Below are positions 1 to 9,946 of a stretch of DNA of 64,000 nucleotides, piece by piece. The stretch is from the NCBI GenBank assembly GCA_963777955.1, contig CAVZSQ010000022.1, positions 160,001 through 224,000 on the forward strand, in the 5' to 3' direction. Below the pieces are notes generated by a model. It worked only from the letters and a program-made list of their open reading frames with translations, was not told the origin of the DNA and did no database searches. The number at the start of each line of letters is the position of its first letter. Position 1 is the stretch's first letter. The stretch is from Calditrichia bacterium (lineage in GTDB: Bacteria; Calditrichota; Calditrichia; JAJRVZ01). Made by a program: the position numbers and the translations under genes.

Positions 1-159
1 CTTTGCAGCCGGTCGACTTGCGCTCTCACCGGGCCGGCCTGCTTGGCGCAGACGAGCGGGGCTTATTCAAGCCGGATTAAATATGAAATATTGCAATCGT
101 AACAGTGAACTTCTAAATTTACTTTCAGACATTAAAACAGTTATGAGAAGGGGTTCAGT

Positions 160-1140
160 ATGCAAAAATTCTCCGATCCTATTTTGGTTACCGGTGGTGC
201 CGGATATATCGGCAGTCATGTGGTCAGGCTGCTGTGCGATGAAGGATATAAGGTGATAATCCTGGACAACTTTTCTCAGGGCCGGCGTGAAAATGTCGAT
301 CCGCGCGCTGTTTTAATTGAAGGGGATGTGCTTAATGCCGCTGACCTGGATAAGGCTTTTGCCCATGGCATTAAAGTGGTGATTCACTTTGCGGCCTGGA
401 AAGCAGCCGGCGAATCGATGACCGACCCCGGCAAATTTGCCTGGAATAATATCAGCGGAACCCTGTTCCTGCTGAATGCCCTGTTAAAACATGGAGTGAA
501 ACATTTTGTATTTTCTTCTTCGGCCGCAGTCTATGGGAATCCGCACTATCTGCCGATTGATGAAAAACATCCGTTAAATCCTACCAATTACTATGGCTAT
601 ACCAAGATGGCTATCGAGCAAAATCTTTCCTGGTACAGCAAATTAAAGGGATTACGCTTTTGCGCCCTGCGCTATTTTAACGCGACCGGATATGATATCA
701 ACGGCCAGATCAGAGGAAAGGAACGGAATCCCTCCAATCTCTCACCGGTAGTGATGGAAGTACTGTCCGGAATGCGCCCTGTCCTGGAAATTTTCGGTGA
801 TGATTATTCCACCGCCGACGGGACCTGTATTCGTGATTATATTCATGTCAATGATCTGGCCTCTGCTCATCTGCTGGCCATGGATTATATCATTGAAAAA
901 GACAAAGATCTGATTGTTAATCTGGGTACCGGACGCGGCCATTCAGTACTGGAAGTAATTAAAACTGCCGAAGAGGCGACCGGTAAAAAAGTGAATTATA
1001 AAATTGTCGGCCGCAGAGCGGGTGATACTGAAGAACTGGTAGCCAGTTGTGAACTTGCTAACAGATTATTGAAATGGCAGGCTAAATATTCCGATCTGGC
1101 GACTATCTTCAGAACCATGACCAAAGTTTATATGGAATAA
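160..1140 (+). CDS. galE: UDP-glucose 4-epimerase
   Basis: TGGAGYIGSH Rossmann motif, SSSAAVYG, YGYTK (YxxxK), LRYFN, DGTCIRDYIHV; GAAGGGG SD upstream. Confidence 0.95.
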   Translation: MQKFSDPILVTGGAGYIGSHVVRLLCDEGYKVIILDNFSQGRRENVDPRAVLIEGDVLNAADLDKAFAHGIKVVIHFAAWKAAGESMTDPGKFAWNNISGTLFLLNALLKHGVKHFVFSSSAAVYGNPHYLPIDEKHPLNPTNYYGYTKMAIEQNLSWYSKLKGLRFCALRYFNATGYDINGQIRGKERNPSNLSPVVMEVLSGMRPVLEIFGDDYSTADGTCIRDYIHVNDLASAHLLAMDYIIEKDKDLIVNLGTGRGHSVLEVIKTAEEATGKKVNYKIVGRRAGDTEELVASCELANRLLKWQAKYSDLATIFRTMTKVYME

Positions 1141-1157
1141 TATTTATAGCTACGGAA

Positions 1158-1532
1158 TCAATCTTCTTCGCGTTCCACAATTTCATAAGCATAGCCACCG
1201 GGATTGGTAGAGTAAAACGCGCATTCCTTTAAATCGTCCTCGCTCAGATTGGTGGTCAGGTCTTTAAAACAAACGAAAACTATATTATCACTGTCCAGGG
1301 CACTTTTTTCATCCCATTCGGTATAAGTTTGTTCTTCATATTCGTCTTTACCGAAATCATCCTGATATTCATCAAAATCCGAGTTGTCCAATATCTCTTC
1401 GTTGGTTAAACTCTGGATTTTATCAAAATCAGCGATGGTTTCTCCGGGTTCTAATTCGATGACATAGTCGGCATACTGCAAAGTTTCATCGTTTATCACC
1501 AGTTCTTCATCATTTAAGTTCAATATCCTCAT
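1158..1532 (-). CDS. Small, highly acidic hypothetical protein (124 aa)
   Basis: ATG at 1532 preceded by AGAGGGG SD; 38 D/E vs 7 K/R. Confidence 0.75.
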   Translation of the reverse strand: MRILNLNDEELVINDETLQYADYVIELEPGETIADFDKIQSLTNEEILDNSDFDEYQDDFGKDEYEEQTYTEWDEKSALDSDNIVFVCFKDLTTNLSEDDLKECAFYSTNPGGYAYEIVEREED

Positions 1533-1855
1533 ATGCCCCTCTTTTCGTTTATCGTTATTCTTAGACTCCCAATCTCCGCACGGGTTCCCCAAACAAGAAT
1601 AAAGTCAATAATTAACGTCTTGGAGGGTGAAATATATAATAAAAAATAAAAAATGCAATTAAAAATTTAAAAAAATTAAAATAATGGCCAACGACTTAAA
1701 GACTTGATATTATGAGGGTTAGATATAATACAATTTTCCGGCGATATGAAGATTTCATTGATCTGCCGGGGATCATGGATAGAAAATCCTTTTTCTTGAC
1801 TGAAGGCAAATATTCTTCTACATTTTTTATATTGGTATTGAGATGGAGTAGTTCC

Positions 1856-3070
1856 ATGCGCCAGATAAAATCTGCCATTGTAATATCTGATCTTCATTTA
1901 GGACGGCCCAGCAGTTATTTATGTTCAGATCACTCCGCCTTTGCGGCAAACCGGAAGGCCATATTGAATTTACTGCAGCAGGCTGGTGCTCAGGATGAAT
2001 TGATTTTAAATGGAGATATCATGGAGTTATCTCTGGCCGGCTGGAAGGAGGTAGGGCGGGAACTGGCTGAGTTTTTTAATCTGCTGGCTGAAGCCGGGCC
2101 CTATCAACGGATTGTATATATTCCGGGGAATCATGATCATCACTTCTGGCGGTTGCTGGTGGAAAAGATTCTGTTGTTGCATAACGTGGAAAATAAAAAT
2201 GCTCTGCCGGATATAGATGAATATCCGTTCTGTTTCGTTGATCAAAAGTTTTCCAGCAGGGATTACGATGTCATTCTGAATCACTTCTGGCCGGCCGGCA
2301 GTACGATGCCCGAAATGGTGATAAAATATCCGCATCATCTGTTGCAGGTCAAAGGACGGCAGGCCGCTGAGCAAACTTATCTGATCACTCATGGTCATTT
2401 TCTCGAGGATCTGTTTGTCCCTATGAATATACTGATTGAGCCGGCCCGCCTGGATGAACTGGAGGCCTTTAATAATATCTGGTTGGAGGCCTTTCACTAT
2501 CATCTCGGCCAGGCCGGCAGACTCTCCAACCGGGTCAGAGCCTTGCTGGACGGGTATGAAAAAGGGGGGAGTCAGGCCTATCGGGTGATTAAAAAAGTCC
2601 TGGATGAAATTTATGTGCGTATCAACAGGAGATACCGCATTGTCTGGCCCTTCAACTGGATGCTCAAACACGCCATTAAAAAAATAGTGAAAAAAGTATC
2701 TCTCAGCCGCCACAGTGAATTATTCGGTGTGGCCCTCAATAAGGATCTGAAGAAAAACATCAGGGCTTATGTTAATAAGTACTTGTTATCCCGCTATAAA
2801 AAAACATTAAGAAGCGATTTCCATTTTCCGGGTGGAACAGATATCCCCACGCCTTTTACATTTCTGTTCGGGCATACCCATCGACCGGTTGCCGGACCGG
2901 AAACAGCCGAAGCCTGGATCGAAATTGAAAAGCAGATTTTTCCCATCGCTAATAGTGGCGGCTGGCTGCGCAGCGACACTACGGGAAAAACCAAGGGCCA
3001 GAATGCCGGCATCATCCTGATTAACCAGGACGGCTGGAAATGGCATTCATTGACAGGACAACTGCGATAA
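1856..3070 (+). CDS. Calcineurin-like metallophosphoesterase
   Basis: SDLHLG, NGD, GNHDH, THGH and FGHTH motifs; GGAG SD before ATG 1856. Confidence 0.85.
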   Translation: MRQIKSAIVISDLHLGRPSSYLCSDHSAFAANRKAILNLLQQAGAQDELILNGDIMELSLAGWKEVGRELAEFFNLLAEAGPYQRIVYIPGNHDHHFWRLLVEKILLLHNVENKNALPDIDEYPFCFVDQKFSSRDYDVILNHFWPAGSTMPEMVIKYPHHLLQVKGRQAAEQTYLITHGHFLEDLFVPMNILIEPARLDELEAFNNIWLEAFHYHLGQAGRLSNRVRALLDGYEKGGSQAYRVIKKVLDEIYVRINRRYRIVWPFNWMLKHAIKKIVKKVSLSRHSELFGVALNKDLKKNIRAYVNKYLLSRYKKTLRSDFHFPGGTDIPTPFTFLFGHTHRPVAGPETAEAWIEIEKQIFPIANSGGWLRSDTTGKTKGQNAGIILINQDGWKWHSLTGQLR

Positions 3071-3165
3071 CCTATCTCCTTACTCCCCTTCCCCGGTCCC
3101 GGGCGACTTGTGCTGAGCGGAGCCGAAGCAAGTCGAGGAGATAAGGGAAGGAAGAAGGTGCAGAG
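3071..3165. repeat. REP-like nested inverted repeats between convergent genes
   Basis: TATCTCCT/AGGAGATA and CGACTTG/CAAGTCG arms around TGCTGAGCGGAGCCGAAG, plus CCCTTCCC/GGGAAGG. Confidence 0.55.
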
Positions 3166-3166
3166 G

Positions 3167-3511
3167 TCAGTCTATTTTCACTCCATCATCATGCGGGTAA
3201 TAACGGCGATAAACGATATTGCTCAGCATGACCGCCCCCTGATCATTAACTTTAATTCTACGTTTGGTTAATTCGGTCTCGATCAGTTTTAAGGAATCCT
3301 GCCAGGAATGATGTGATTCCAGCTGCTGAATAAATTGCCTGAACTCGGCTTCTCTGCCGTTGAATACCTTATTATTGATTAATTTTGTAGTCCTGGGATT
3401 CAACAGAGAATCTATAGAAGCCAGATTCCGGACGGGTTTTGTTCCGCGATGTTTCGCCGGAGCTGGTGCAGTAATCTCGTCGTCACTGCGACTTATTAAT
3501 TTATCTGTCAT
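3167..3511 (-). CDS. Hypothetical protein
   Basis: ORF with GGAGA SD before ATG 3511; no recognisable motif. Confidence 0.65.
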   Translation of the reverse strand: MTDKLISRSDDEITAPAPAKHRGTKPVRNLASIDSLLNPRTTKLINNKVFNGREAEFRQFIQQLESHHSWQDSLKLIETELTKRRIKVNDQGAVMLSNIVYRRYYPHDDGVKID

Positions 3512-3622
3512 GTCATAATCTCCAAATATTTCCAGAGTTTTGATCAAGGTCAAAATCAAAAACTCGAATTAATAATTTTGTCAGTTCAAATATGCTACCG
3601 GTACTTTTATGATATTATGAAA

Positions 3623-3778
3623 TTACTTTCGCACGATATTATTTGCGTTGGATGCCTCGTTTTTAATCTGCTGATCAACTTTTTTTGCTGAAAAAGTCAG
3701 ATAGAGCAGATATAACAGTAAAGCCAGAAATACGGCGGCCACCGCAATGATGGCCAGCCAACCTATGATTGAGTTCAT
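3623..3778 (-). CDS. Small single-pass membrane protein (51 aa)
   Basis: GAGGAG SD; hydrophobic N-terminal helix and polar tail. Confidence 0.6.
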   Translation of the reverse strand: MNSIIGWLAIIAVAAVFLALLLYLLYLTFSAKKVDQQIKNEASNANNIVRK

Positions 3779-3894
3779 GAATGAATACTCCTCTGTATAA
3801 AAAGTACATGGCTTTGCAGTATAGAAATTCCAGGAAATCAAAAATTCTGAACTATACTGCTAATTTTATATGACTTGAAATAAAGGGGAGTAAT

Positions 3895-4245
3895 TCAACC
3901 ATCAGCCGTATGCTGGCTGACTGCGAATTTGAAGCAAATCAGCGGAATGTTAAAATGCAGATCATTGTGTTGAATATATGTTTTCAGGACAAAAAATTGT
4001 GATCTGACAAAAACATCTTCTTTCTTTACCTGGATGGGTTTTATTTTAAAGGTCGAGGCATTCTCTTCATTCACTAAAAAAAGTTGCCCGGTAGCAGGAT
4101 CTAATGAATTGGTCCAATATACGCTGGCTGCAGATTGTCCGGCGGCATTACAGCTGGTCGAATAACCATTCAGCAGGGAGCTTAAAAAATAAGCATTGTA
4201 TAGAATGATTAATAAGTATGTTCTGTATTTTAGAAAAATTTTCAT
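3895..4245 (-). CDS. Hypothetical protein (uncertain)
   Basis: ATG 4 nt after the stop of the upstream gene; hydrophobic N-terminus; no motif. Confidence 0.35.
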   Translation of the reverse strand: MKIFLKYRTYLLIILYNAYFLSSLLNGYSTSCNAAGQSAASVYWTNSLDPATGQLFLVNEENASTFKIKPIQVKKEDVFVRSQFFVLKTYIQHNDLHFNIPLICFKFAVSQHTADG

Positions 4246-4249
4246 ATTC

Positions 4250-5068
4250 TTATAGGCGGATAACGGCCTCGGCATGTTCGGGTAAAGCCCGAAAAATCGC
4301 TTTGGCATCTGCTTGCGACAGTTTGATTTTTATCCTCAACTCCGGTTCCGGCCACTTCAGTTTTGTCAGAGTATATATAAATTCAAGTCCTTTTTCAAGG
4401 CGAAATTGTAAATTCCGGAAATGTTTTTCAAACCATCCGGTAAAAATGAATGCTTCGGTCTGATCGACCTGTATGATCAGGTTTTTATTGAATTGCAGGA
4501 TGAAACGGACATCCTGTTTCTCCAGCGGGGGATTAGCATCGACCATTTCCTTAGCTTCATTAGTGTCAGCCGGAGCCTCTTTCACTTTAATGGGCGCTTT
4601 GGGCAAAGTAGCCCAGTAATCCTGCAGGAAAAAACTGTCGGCAAACCAGGAATTTAATACACCTTTCTCTTTGGCATAGCGCAAAACCGGCGAGATATCG
4701 TAATCCTGAATCTTGCAAGAGCGGACCGAAACTCCTTTAATATCGATACTGATCAGACTATCGGACAAATCAACCGCCATTTTGATGGAATCTTTTTTAG
4801 CCATTTTTAACCGGTTCTTCCAAAAATTCCTGGCTATAAACAGATCGCTAAATTCCGAATTTTCGCCGGCAGGAACCTGTTGCGGGTCAGTTATAGTTTT
4901 AGCGGTAATGTTTTCCGGTACACTGGCGGCAGGTCCAGACAATAACTGCATATAATGCAGGGAACTTATCAGGTTGATGACAATCAGGGTGACGGCCGGC
5001 AACAGAATTACCAGACAAACAATGAACAGCCGTTTGCCGCTTTTAAACAGATAGTTCCTGATTTCCAT
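4250..5068 (-). CDS. Membrane-anchored YkuD-like protein lacking the catalytic His/Cys
   Basis: N-terminal TM; C-terminus IKLSQADAKAIFRALPEHAEAVI parallels CIRLGDEDLRKVYQALSLGSRIFI of the neighbouring LDT, without H/C. Confidence 0.6.
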   Translation of the reverse strand: MEIRNYLFKSGKRLFIVCLVILLPAVTLIVINLISSLHYMQLLSGPAASVPENITAKTITDPQQVPAGENSEFSDLFIARNFWKNRLKMAKKDSIKMAVDLSDSLISIDIKGVSVRSCKIQDYDISPVLRYAKEKGVLNSWFADSFFLQDYWATLPKAPIKVKEAPADTNEAKEMVDANPPLEKQDVRFILQFNKNLIIQVDQTEAFIFTGWFEKHFRNLQFRLEKGLEFIYTLTKLKWPEPELRIKIKLSQADAKAIFRALPEHAEAVIRL

Positions 5069-5084
5069 AGATGTGTTCAAGTCT

Positions 5085-5870
5085 TCAATAAATAAATATT
5101 CTTGAACCAAGGCTCAGTGCCTGGTATACTTTTCGCAAGTCTTCATCGCCCAGGCGAATACAGCCGTGAGTTACCGGCATGCCCAGGAACCTTTGATAGA
5201 GGGTTCCATGAACCAGATAACCGTTACCGAAGGCCAGGGCATATTCACCTAACACACCATATTCATAGCGCTCAGGTGAATCGGGCGGGGGCACAGGCAG
5301 GCCTTCTTCGATGAAAGCCCAATCCGGCATACGCCATACCGGCGCTTCAACTTTCACCTGTACCCGGTACATTCCACGGGGAGTCTGAAATATCCATTGA
5401 CGCTGGTCGGATGCTTTGAGTAGTATGAAACTGCCGGTGGAACATACACCGTGATGTAAAACTTTTTTTCCATTTCTTATATAAAATTCATTATCGGCTG
5501 AACTTACTACCAGGTAGGGTTGTCTGGGCGTCAGTTGATCGAAAGCGCGGCGTAAAGCGGCCACTTCATACTCGAGTTTCTTCCAGGTCTTCGATTTTTT
5601 GGCCGCCGTGCTGTCAATTTGCCGGGCAGTGGTCATCCAGGCTGCACCTGTCGCCCATATCTCCCGGATTTCCGTGGTCAGCAGCATGATCACTAGCGCC
5701 AGCCCGAGACCGGCAGCGACTACGCTAATCCAGAATCTGCGCGGGTTGATATTCCCAGCGGACTGGATTTCCTCCCGGTCAGGGATTATTTCCTGCCCGT
5801 GCTTTTCAGTTTCCGGGCCGCTGTCACTTTTTTCAGTAGCTGAGTGGGACCGGGCGTTTGTTTCCTGCAT
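5085..5870 (-). CDS. L,D-transpeptidase (YkuD/ErfK family), membrane anchored
   Basis: TPRG, YLVHGT...THGCIRL catalytic motif; one TM helix. Confidence 0.9.
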   Translation of the reverse strand: MQETNARSHSATEKSDSGPETEKHGQEIIPDREEIQSAGNINPRRFWISVVAAGLGLALVIMLLTTEIREIWATGAAWMTTARQIDSTAAKKSKTWKKLEYEVAALRRAFDQLTPRQPYLVVSSADNEFYIRNGKKVLHHGVCSTGSFILLKASDQRQWIFQTPRGMYRVQVKVEAPVWRMPDWAFIEEGLPVPPPDSPERYEYGVLGEYALAFGNGYLVHGTLYQRFLGMPVTHGCIRLGDEDLRKVYQALSLGSRIFIY

Positions 5871-5876
5871 AGATGG

Positions 5877-7026
5877 TTAATTTAAATGATTGTTAGAATG
5901 ATTGAAATTGATTTGATAATTTTTTGTGGTGCCAACGATAGTAACCGGGGTACCCACCTGGACCATGGCAAAAATCTTATCAATTTCCTGGTTACGTAAA
6001 GCGATACAACCGTCGGTCCAGTTCAGACCCTGGCCGCCCTCGCCGTGAATCTCAATAAGGCCGCCTATGTTGGCATCGAGGGGAAGATCTCCGTTAACCA
6101 GGGCAGAATAAAAACGCAGCCAATCCGCTTCATTGGGATAATCAAGATTCAAAGCTTTATAAAATTGAGTTTCTTTTCCCTGGCGTTTTTTGGTGACATA
6201 ATACCTGCCTTCAGGAGTGCGTCTATCACCTTTGTGCGTCTTGGTGCCGATCCAATTAGGGCCCATCTCAACGGCAAACTCGAATAAAAGAGTATCAGCC
6301 TGAAAGACACGACAGGTATGATCCAGTTTATCTACAATCAGTGCCGTGTGGCCGGAACTTTGCGCATAGTCCAGTGTCTCTTTTACCCATTGTTGCCATG
6401 TGGGAATTTTACTTAAGTATTTGTTAATTTCTTCCACCAGATTAGAATTGGCAAACGATATATGTTCCGCGGCTTTTTGCAGGATCAAATCTGCAGCAGA
6501 ATAATCTTTGCGTTCCAACAAATACCCTCCCTGCCGGACCAGTAATTCACCATGGATGATATGTTGACGCAATTCGACAGCGATGGGTATGATGTCAAAT
6601 TTTATGCGGTACTGCTCAGCCTGGTCCTGCAGATAAAACATTTTCAGTCTCAGCGCAAGTTTCAGGGAATCTTTGCATCACCTGAGTCCGCCGGATGGCT
6701 TGCCGGAGATCGGTATTGATTTTTAATATTAATTTTTCCGCAGTTTCATAGCGGCGAAGAGGGGGGAAACGTTTATTCTGAGTCTGGATCATCTGCCGGG
6801 ACTTTTCCCAGTTGTCATGGGCCTGCTGCATCACCGGCGCAACATAATTTTCAGCATCAATTTTTCGTGCTTGACTGTTGAGTTCGAGATACAGGATCAT
6901 GGCCGCCTGCGGCAAGCGCGGTTGCAGAACCAGCATCAGGATTATACCCATTATCAGGACTACAGGAATGGAAACTGCCAGTACGACCAGGCGGACTAAT
7001 TTTCTATTATAAGGCAGATTAAACAT
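5877..7026 (-). CDS. YkuD-family protein of the YafK/DpaA-like type with an N-terminal helical domain; frameshift near 6673
   Basis: GDRRTPEGRY, LDYPN, IEIHG...WTDGCIAL; removing one A at ~6673 joins ORFs 6616-7026 and 5877-6641 (VMQDSLKLALRLKMFY). Confidence 0.85.
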
Positions 7027-7109
7027 ACTGAATATATTCGTAATTTCTTTAAAATCGATTAATATTAATTTTACGATTGTCTTGTAATGTACACTTGTTT
7101 TTAAAGGTC

Positions 7110-7156
7110 AAAAAAAAACCTCGTCTTAAAAGATGAACACTCTTAAAACGAGGTTT
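7110..7156 (-). terminator. Rho-independent terminator after the lipoprotein gene
   Basis: Minus strand AAACCTCGTTTTAAGAG / CTTTTAAGACGAGGTTT stem (with G-U pairs) running into a T tract. Confidence 0.8.
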
Positions 7157-7178
7157 CAAAAATACGCTGAATCGTTTA

Positions 7179-7796
7179 TTACTTGCTCATGGAAGTGATC
7201 TTGGCTTTCATGGCTGCGGCATTGCCCAATTCGGCAATCATATTATTGACCTGATCCAGGACGGTTTTGGCTTTGTCCCGGGCAACCATGTACTGGCCTT
7301 GCTCCTGGCTCTGTGCGGCCACGGTCAGTTCTGAAGCGATCGTTTGCAGATCATTCTGGAACTGCATCATGACCATTTTGCCTTCTTTGCCTCTGGGTGC
7401 TTTGGCTAATTTTTTCTTAGCCAGATCTATAGCGGCAGCGGCCTGTTTGATCAAGGTATCGGCTTCGGCACGTACTTGTTCTTTATTTACGGCAGCCTGT
7501 TGACCAAGTCCCGCGGCTGCGTTGGTTACGCCTTCAAGCAGGGTCTTAACCCGGTCATAGTTTCTGAACAGACCGAACTTGGCATCCTGAGTTTGTATCT
7601 CAGCCTGAGCGGCTTCGAGAGAATCAGTTACGGCTTTAAAAGCATCGGCAACGTAAATATTAGCTTCGGCTTTAACCGCACCTTCCAGGGCAGCTTTGGC
7701 TGCTTCCAGTTCCTGAACAGGAGCTTTGGCGCACCCGCTGAACAGGACCAGAGTCAATACCATCACAACCAGAGTAAGCATAGTGTTCAACTTCAT
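7179..7796 (-). CDS. Ala-rich helical lipoprotein (DUF4398-like) with C-terminal Lys
   Basis: Lipobox LFSG-C; Ala/Lys/Gln-rich coiled-coil sequence; ends ITSMSK; AAAGGA SD. Confidence 0.85.
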   Translation of the reverse strand: MKLNTMLTLVVMVLTLVLFSGCAKAPVQELEAAKAALEGAVKAEANIYVADAFKAVTDSLEAAQAEIQTQDAKFGLFRNYDRVKTLLEGVTNAAAGLGQQAAVNKEQVRAEADTLIKQAAAAIDLAKKKLAKAPRGKEGKMVMMQFQNDLQTIASELTVAAQSQEQGQYMVARDKAKTVLDQVNNMIAELGNAAAMKAKITSMSK

Positions 7797-8212
7797 AAAT
7801 TATCCTTTCTTGTTAGATATTTTTGGTTTAAATTTCTGTAAACTACTTAATTATAAGTATTTATCCATGCAAAATAATGTTACTGTTCTTTCTAAATCCC
7901 CCGGGGGCATATATTTTTTCGCACTTACAATGATCAGCTGTTCAATCAAATTCTTATTTAAGGCCCCTTATTGGATGGGAAAAATATCCTATAATTTAAT
8001 TCAGTAAACCATGTTTGTCAATATCTTGATTAGTCTCTGTTATTATTTTTTTAGTATTGGTAATCAGGTAAAGTTGGACCCTTTCAGGCTTGATTGTATA
8101 GGGCTGATTTTCTTTTCTTTAAAATCTTGCAATTATCGTTTTCTTTTTTTAGAATCCAGCTCATCTATGTTAATCCTCATCAGATCATTTCAATGAAAGT
8201 AAAAATCAGAGA

Positions 8213-9810
8213 GTGCTTATGCGTACGGAAAAATGTTCTCAGCTGTTTTTGATCTTCTCAATTTTAATTATCGACGCAGTCCTGCTTAATTTTCTACCGT
8301 CCTGTCAACAAAATAAAGAGCTTCTTCAAAAAACCTATGCTGCCGATACCCTGGTGGGTGACTGGCAGGGTAAAATAGTAACGTCGACCGGAATCGAACA
8401 ACCGCTCGCTGCCCAGATCGTCTCCTATGCCGGGGGGAAATACAGATTGAATCTGCTCGGCAATTTTGATACGCGCGATAGCGCGCTGGGCAATCTGGAT
8501 GCCCGCGAAAAAGACAGCCTGCTTGATTTTTCAGGAATAAGTAATGGTAGCGAATGGCAGGGCACCATCGATGGTAATAGTTTTAAAGGGGTCATATCCG
8601 GAAAGTTAACCGGTCAATTTAATATGGCCAAAGTTGAGCGTTTATCGCCTACCCTTAATCAAAAACCACCGGAACAGGCTGTTGTTCTGTTTGCCGGGAC
8701 GGGTCTGCAGCATTGGCAACAAGTGGGCGATCCGGTCTGGTATCTGAATTTAGCCCGGCAGTTGGGTGGAAATGATCGGGTAGCTTATCTGCGCAGTTCC
8801 CTGTGGTCCGATACTGATCAGCAGGTAATGCTGTTATTGGGCAGCGATGATGGAGTGAAAGTCTGGCTTAATGACAAGCTGGTCTGGTCCAACGCCAGGA
8901 ATCGCGGGGCCGAACCAGACGATGATACAGTTAATGTAGCGTTGATCGAAGGCTGGAACACGATCATGTGCAAAATCGCCAATGGGGATGGTGGTTGGGG
9001 CGCATATGTGAAAATGGTAAATCCGGATGGTTCTGCTCTCAATAATATATATGAACAAATAGCTGCTGCAGCGGATGGCAAGAGCAGAGACAGGCTGGAA
9101 AAAAATGATAATTATTTGACGGTGTGGCAAATCAGCCGTCAGGCCTTTACGCAGAAAGGATTGACGGGTAATCAGTTACTGGAGCCTGTTTTCCCCCCGA
9201 GCAACAGGGGGGTGACTGGCAGGAATTGGGTTTGAGTGCGGTGAATTATTCAGCAAAGTGGAAAGTTAAAGATGGTGCTATGGAGGTATTGCCCGGCAGC
9301 GGTTCCCTGGTGAGTAAACAGAAGTTTACTGATTTCTTCCTGCATATTGAGTTTCGTACACCATTCATGCCTGATCAAACCGGACAAAAACGGGGTAACA
9401 GCGGTGTTTATCTGCAAGGCAGGTATGAAGTTCAGATACTGGATAGTTATGGACTGGAAGGTGCAGATAATGAATGCGGAGGCATCTATAAAGTCGCCCG
9501 GCCGCGGGTCAATATGTGCGCACCGCCCCTGCAGTGGCAGACTTATGATATCACCTTTACCGCGGCACGATTTGATTCCGGCGGCGTTAAAATAAACCCG
9601 GCTCAGATTACCGCAATTCATAATGGCGTACCTATACATGAAAATCTGATTCTTCCCGGACCGACCGGTGGTGCCCTGGACCGGAACGAGAATGAACCCG
9701 GTGGTATCATGCTGCAGGATCACGGGAATTTAGTGCAATTCAGGAATATTTGGGTGGTGGATAAAGGCACTGAGGCACTAAAGCACAAAAGGAAAGTGCG
9801 ACCGCCCTGA
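8213..9810 (+). CDS. Lipoprotein with a DUF1080 (3-keto-glycoside processing) domain; frameshift in C6 run at ~9195
   Basis: Lipobox-like FLPS-C; GNSGVYLQGRYEVQILDS, WQTYDI, LQDHGNLVQFRNIW; ORFs 8213-9235 and 9226-9810 join. Confidence 0.85.
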
Positions 9811-9828
9811 GTCCCTGAGTTCCTAAGT

Positions 9829-9895
9829 GACCCTCCCCTCTTTCCCCTCCCTTTCAGCCGCTGGGCTGAAAGGGAGGGGACGAAAGGGGTGGGTC
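9829..9895. repeat. Long GC-rich hairpin (REP-like or terminator-like)
   Basis: Perfect 17-bp stem TCCCCTCCCTTTCAGCC / GGCTGAAAGGGAGGGGA with GCTG loop, extended by GACCC/GGGTC. Confidence 0.75.
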
Positions 9896-9896
9896 G

Positions 9897-9946
9897 TGTC
9901 ATTCCGCCAGACGGATGATTTGCTTGATCGCATGTTGGCGGGAATC
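9897..9946. repeat. REP-like element TGTCATTCC...GGGAATC
   Basis: ATTCCGCCA ... TGGCGGGAAT inverted arms preceded by TGTC. Confidence 0.5.

Noticed and set aside
1..80. GC-rich stretch at the window start, possibly an RNA gene end (CTTTGCAGCC resembles a tRNA-Cys anticodon arm on the minus strand)
   Set aside because: No D-arm or acceptor stem can be built; truncated by the window edge; could equally be a CDS end
9190..9240. Programmed ribosomal frameshifting at split genes
   Set aside because: No consistent slippery heptamer or stimulator; indels are scattered across unrelated families
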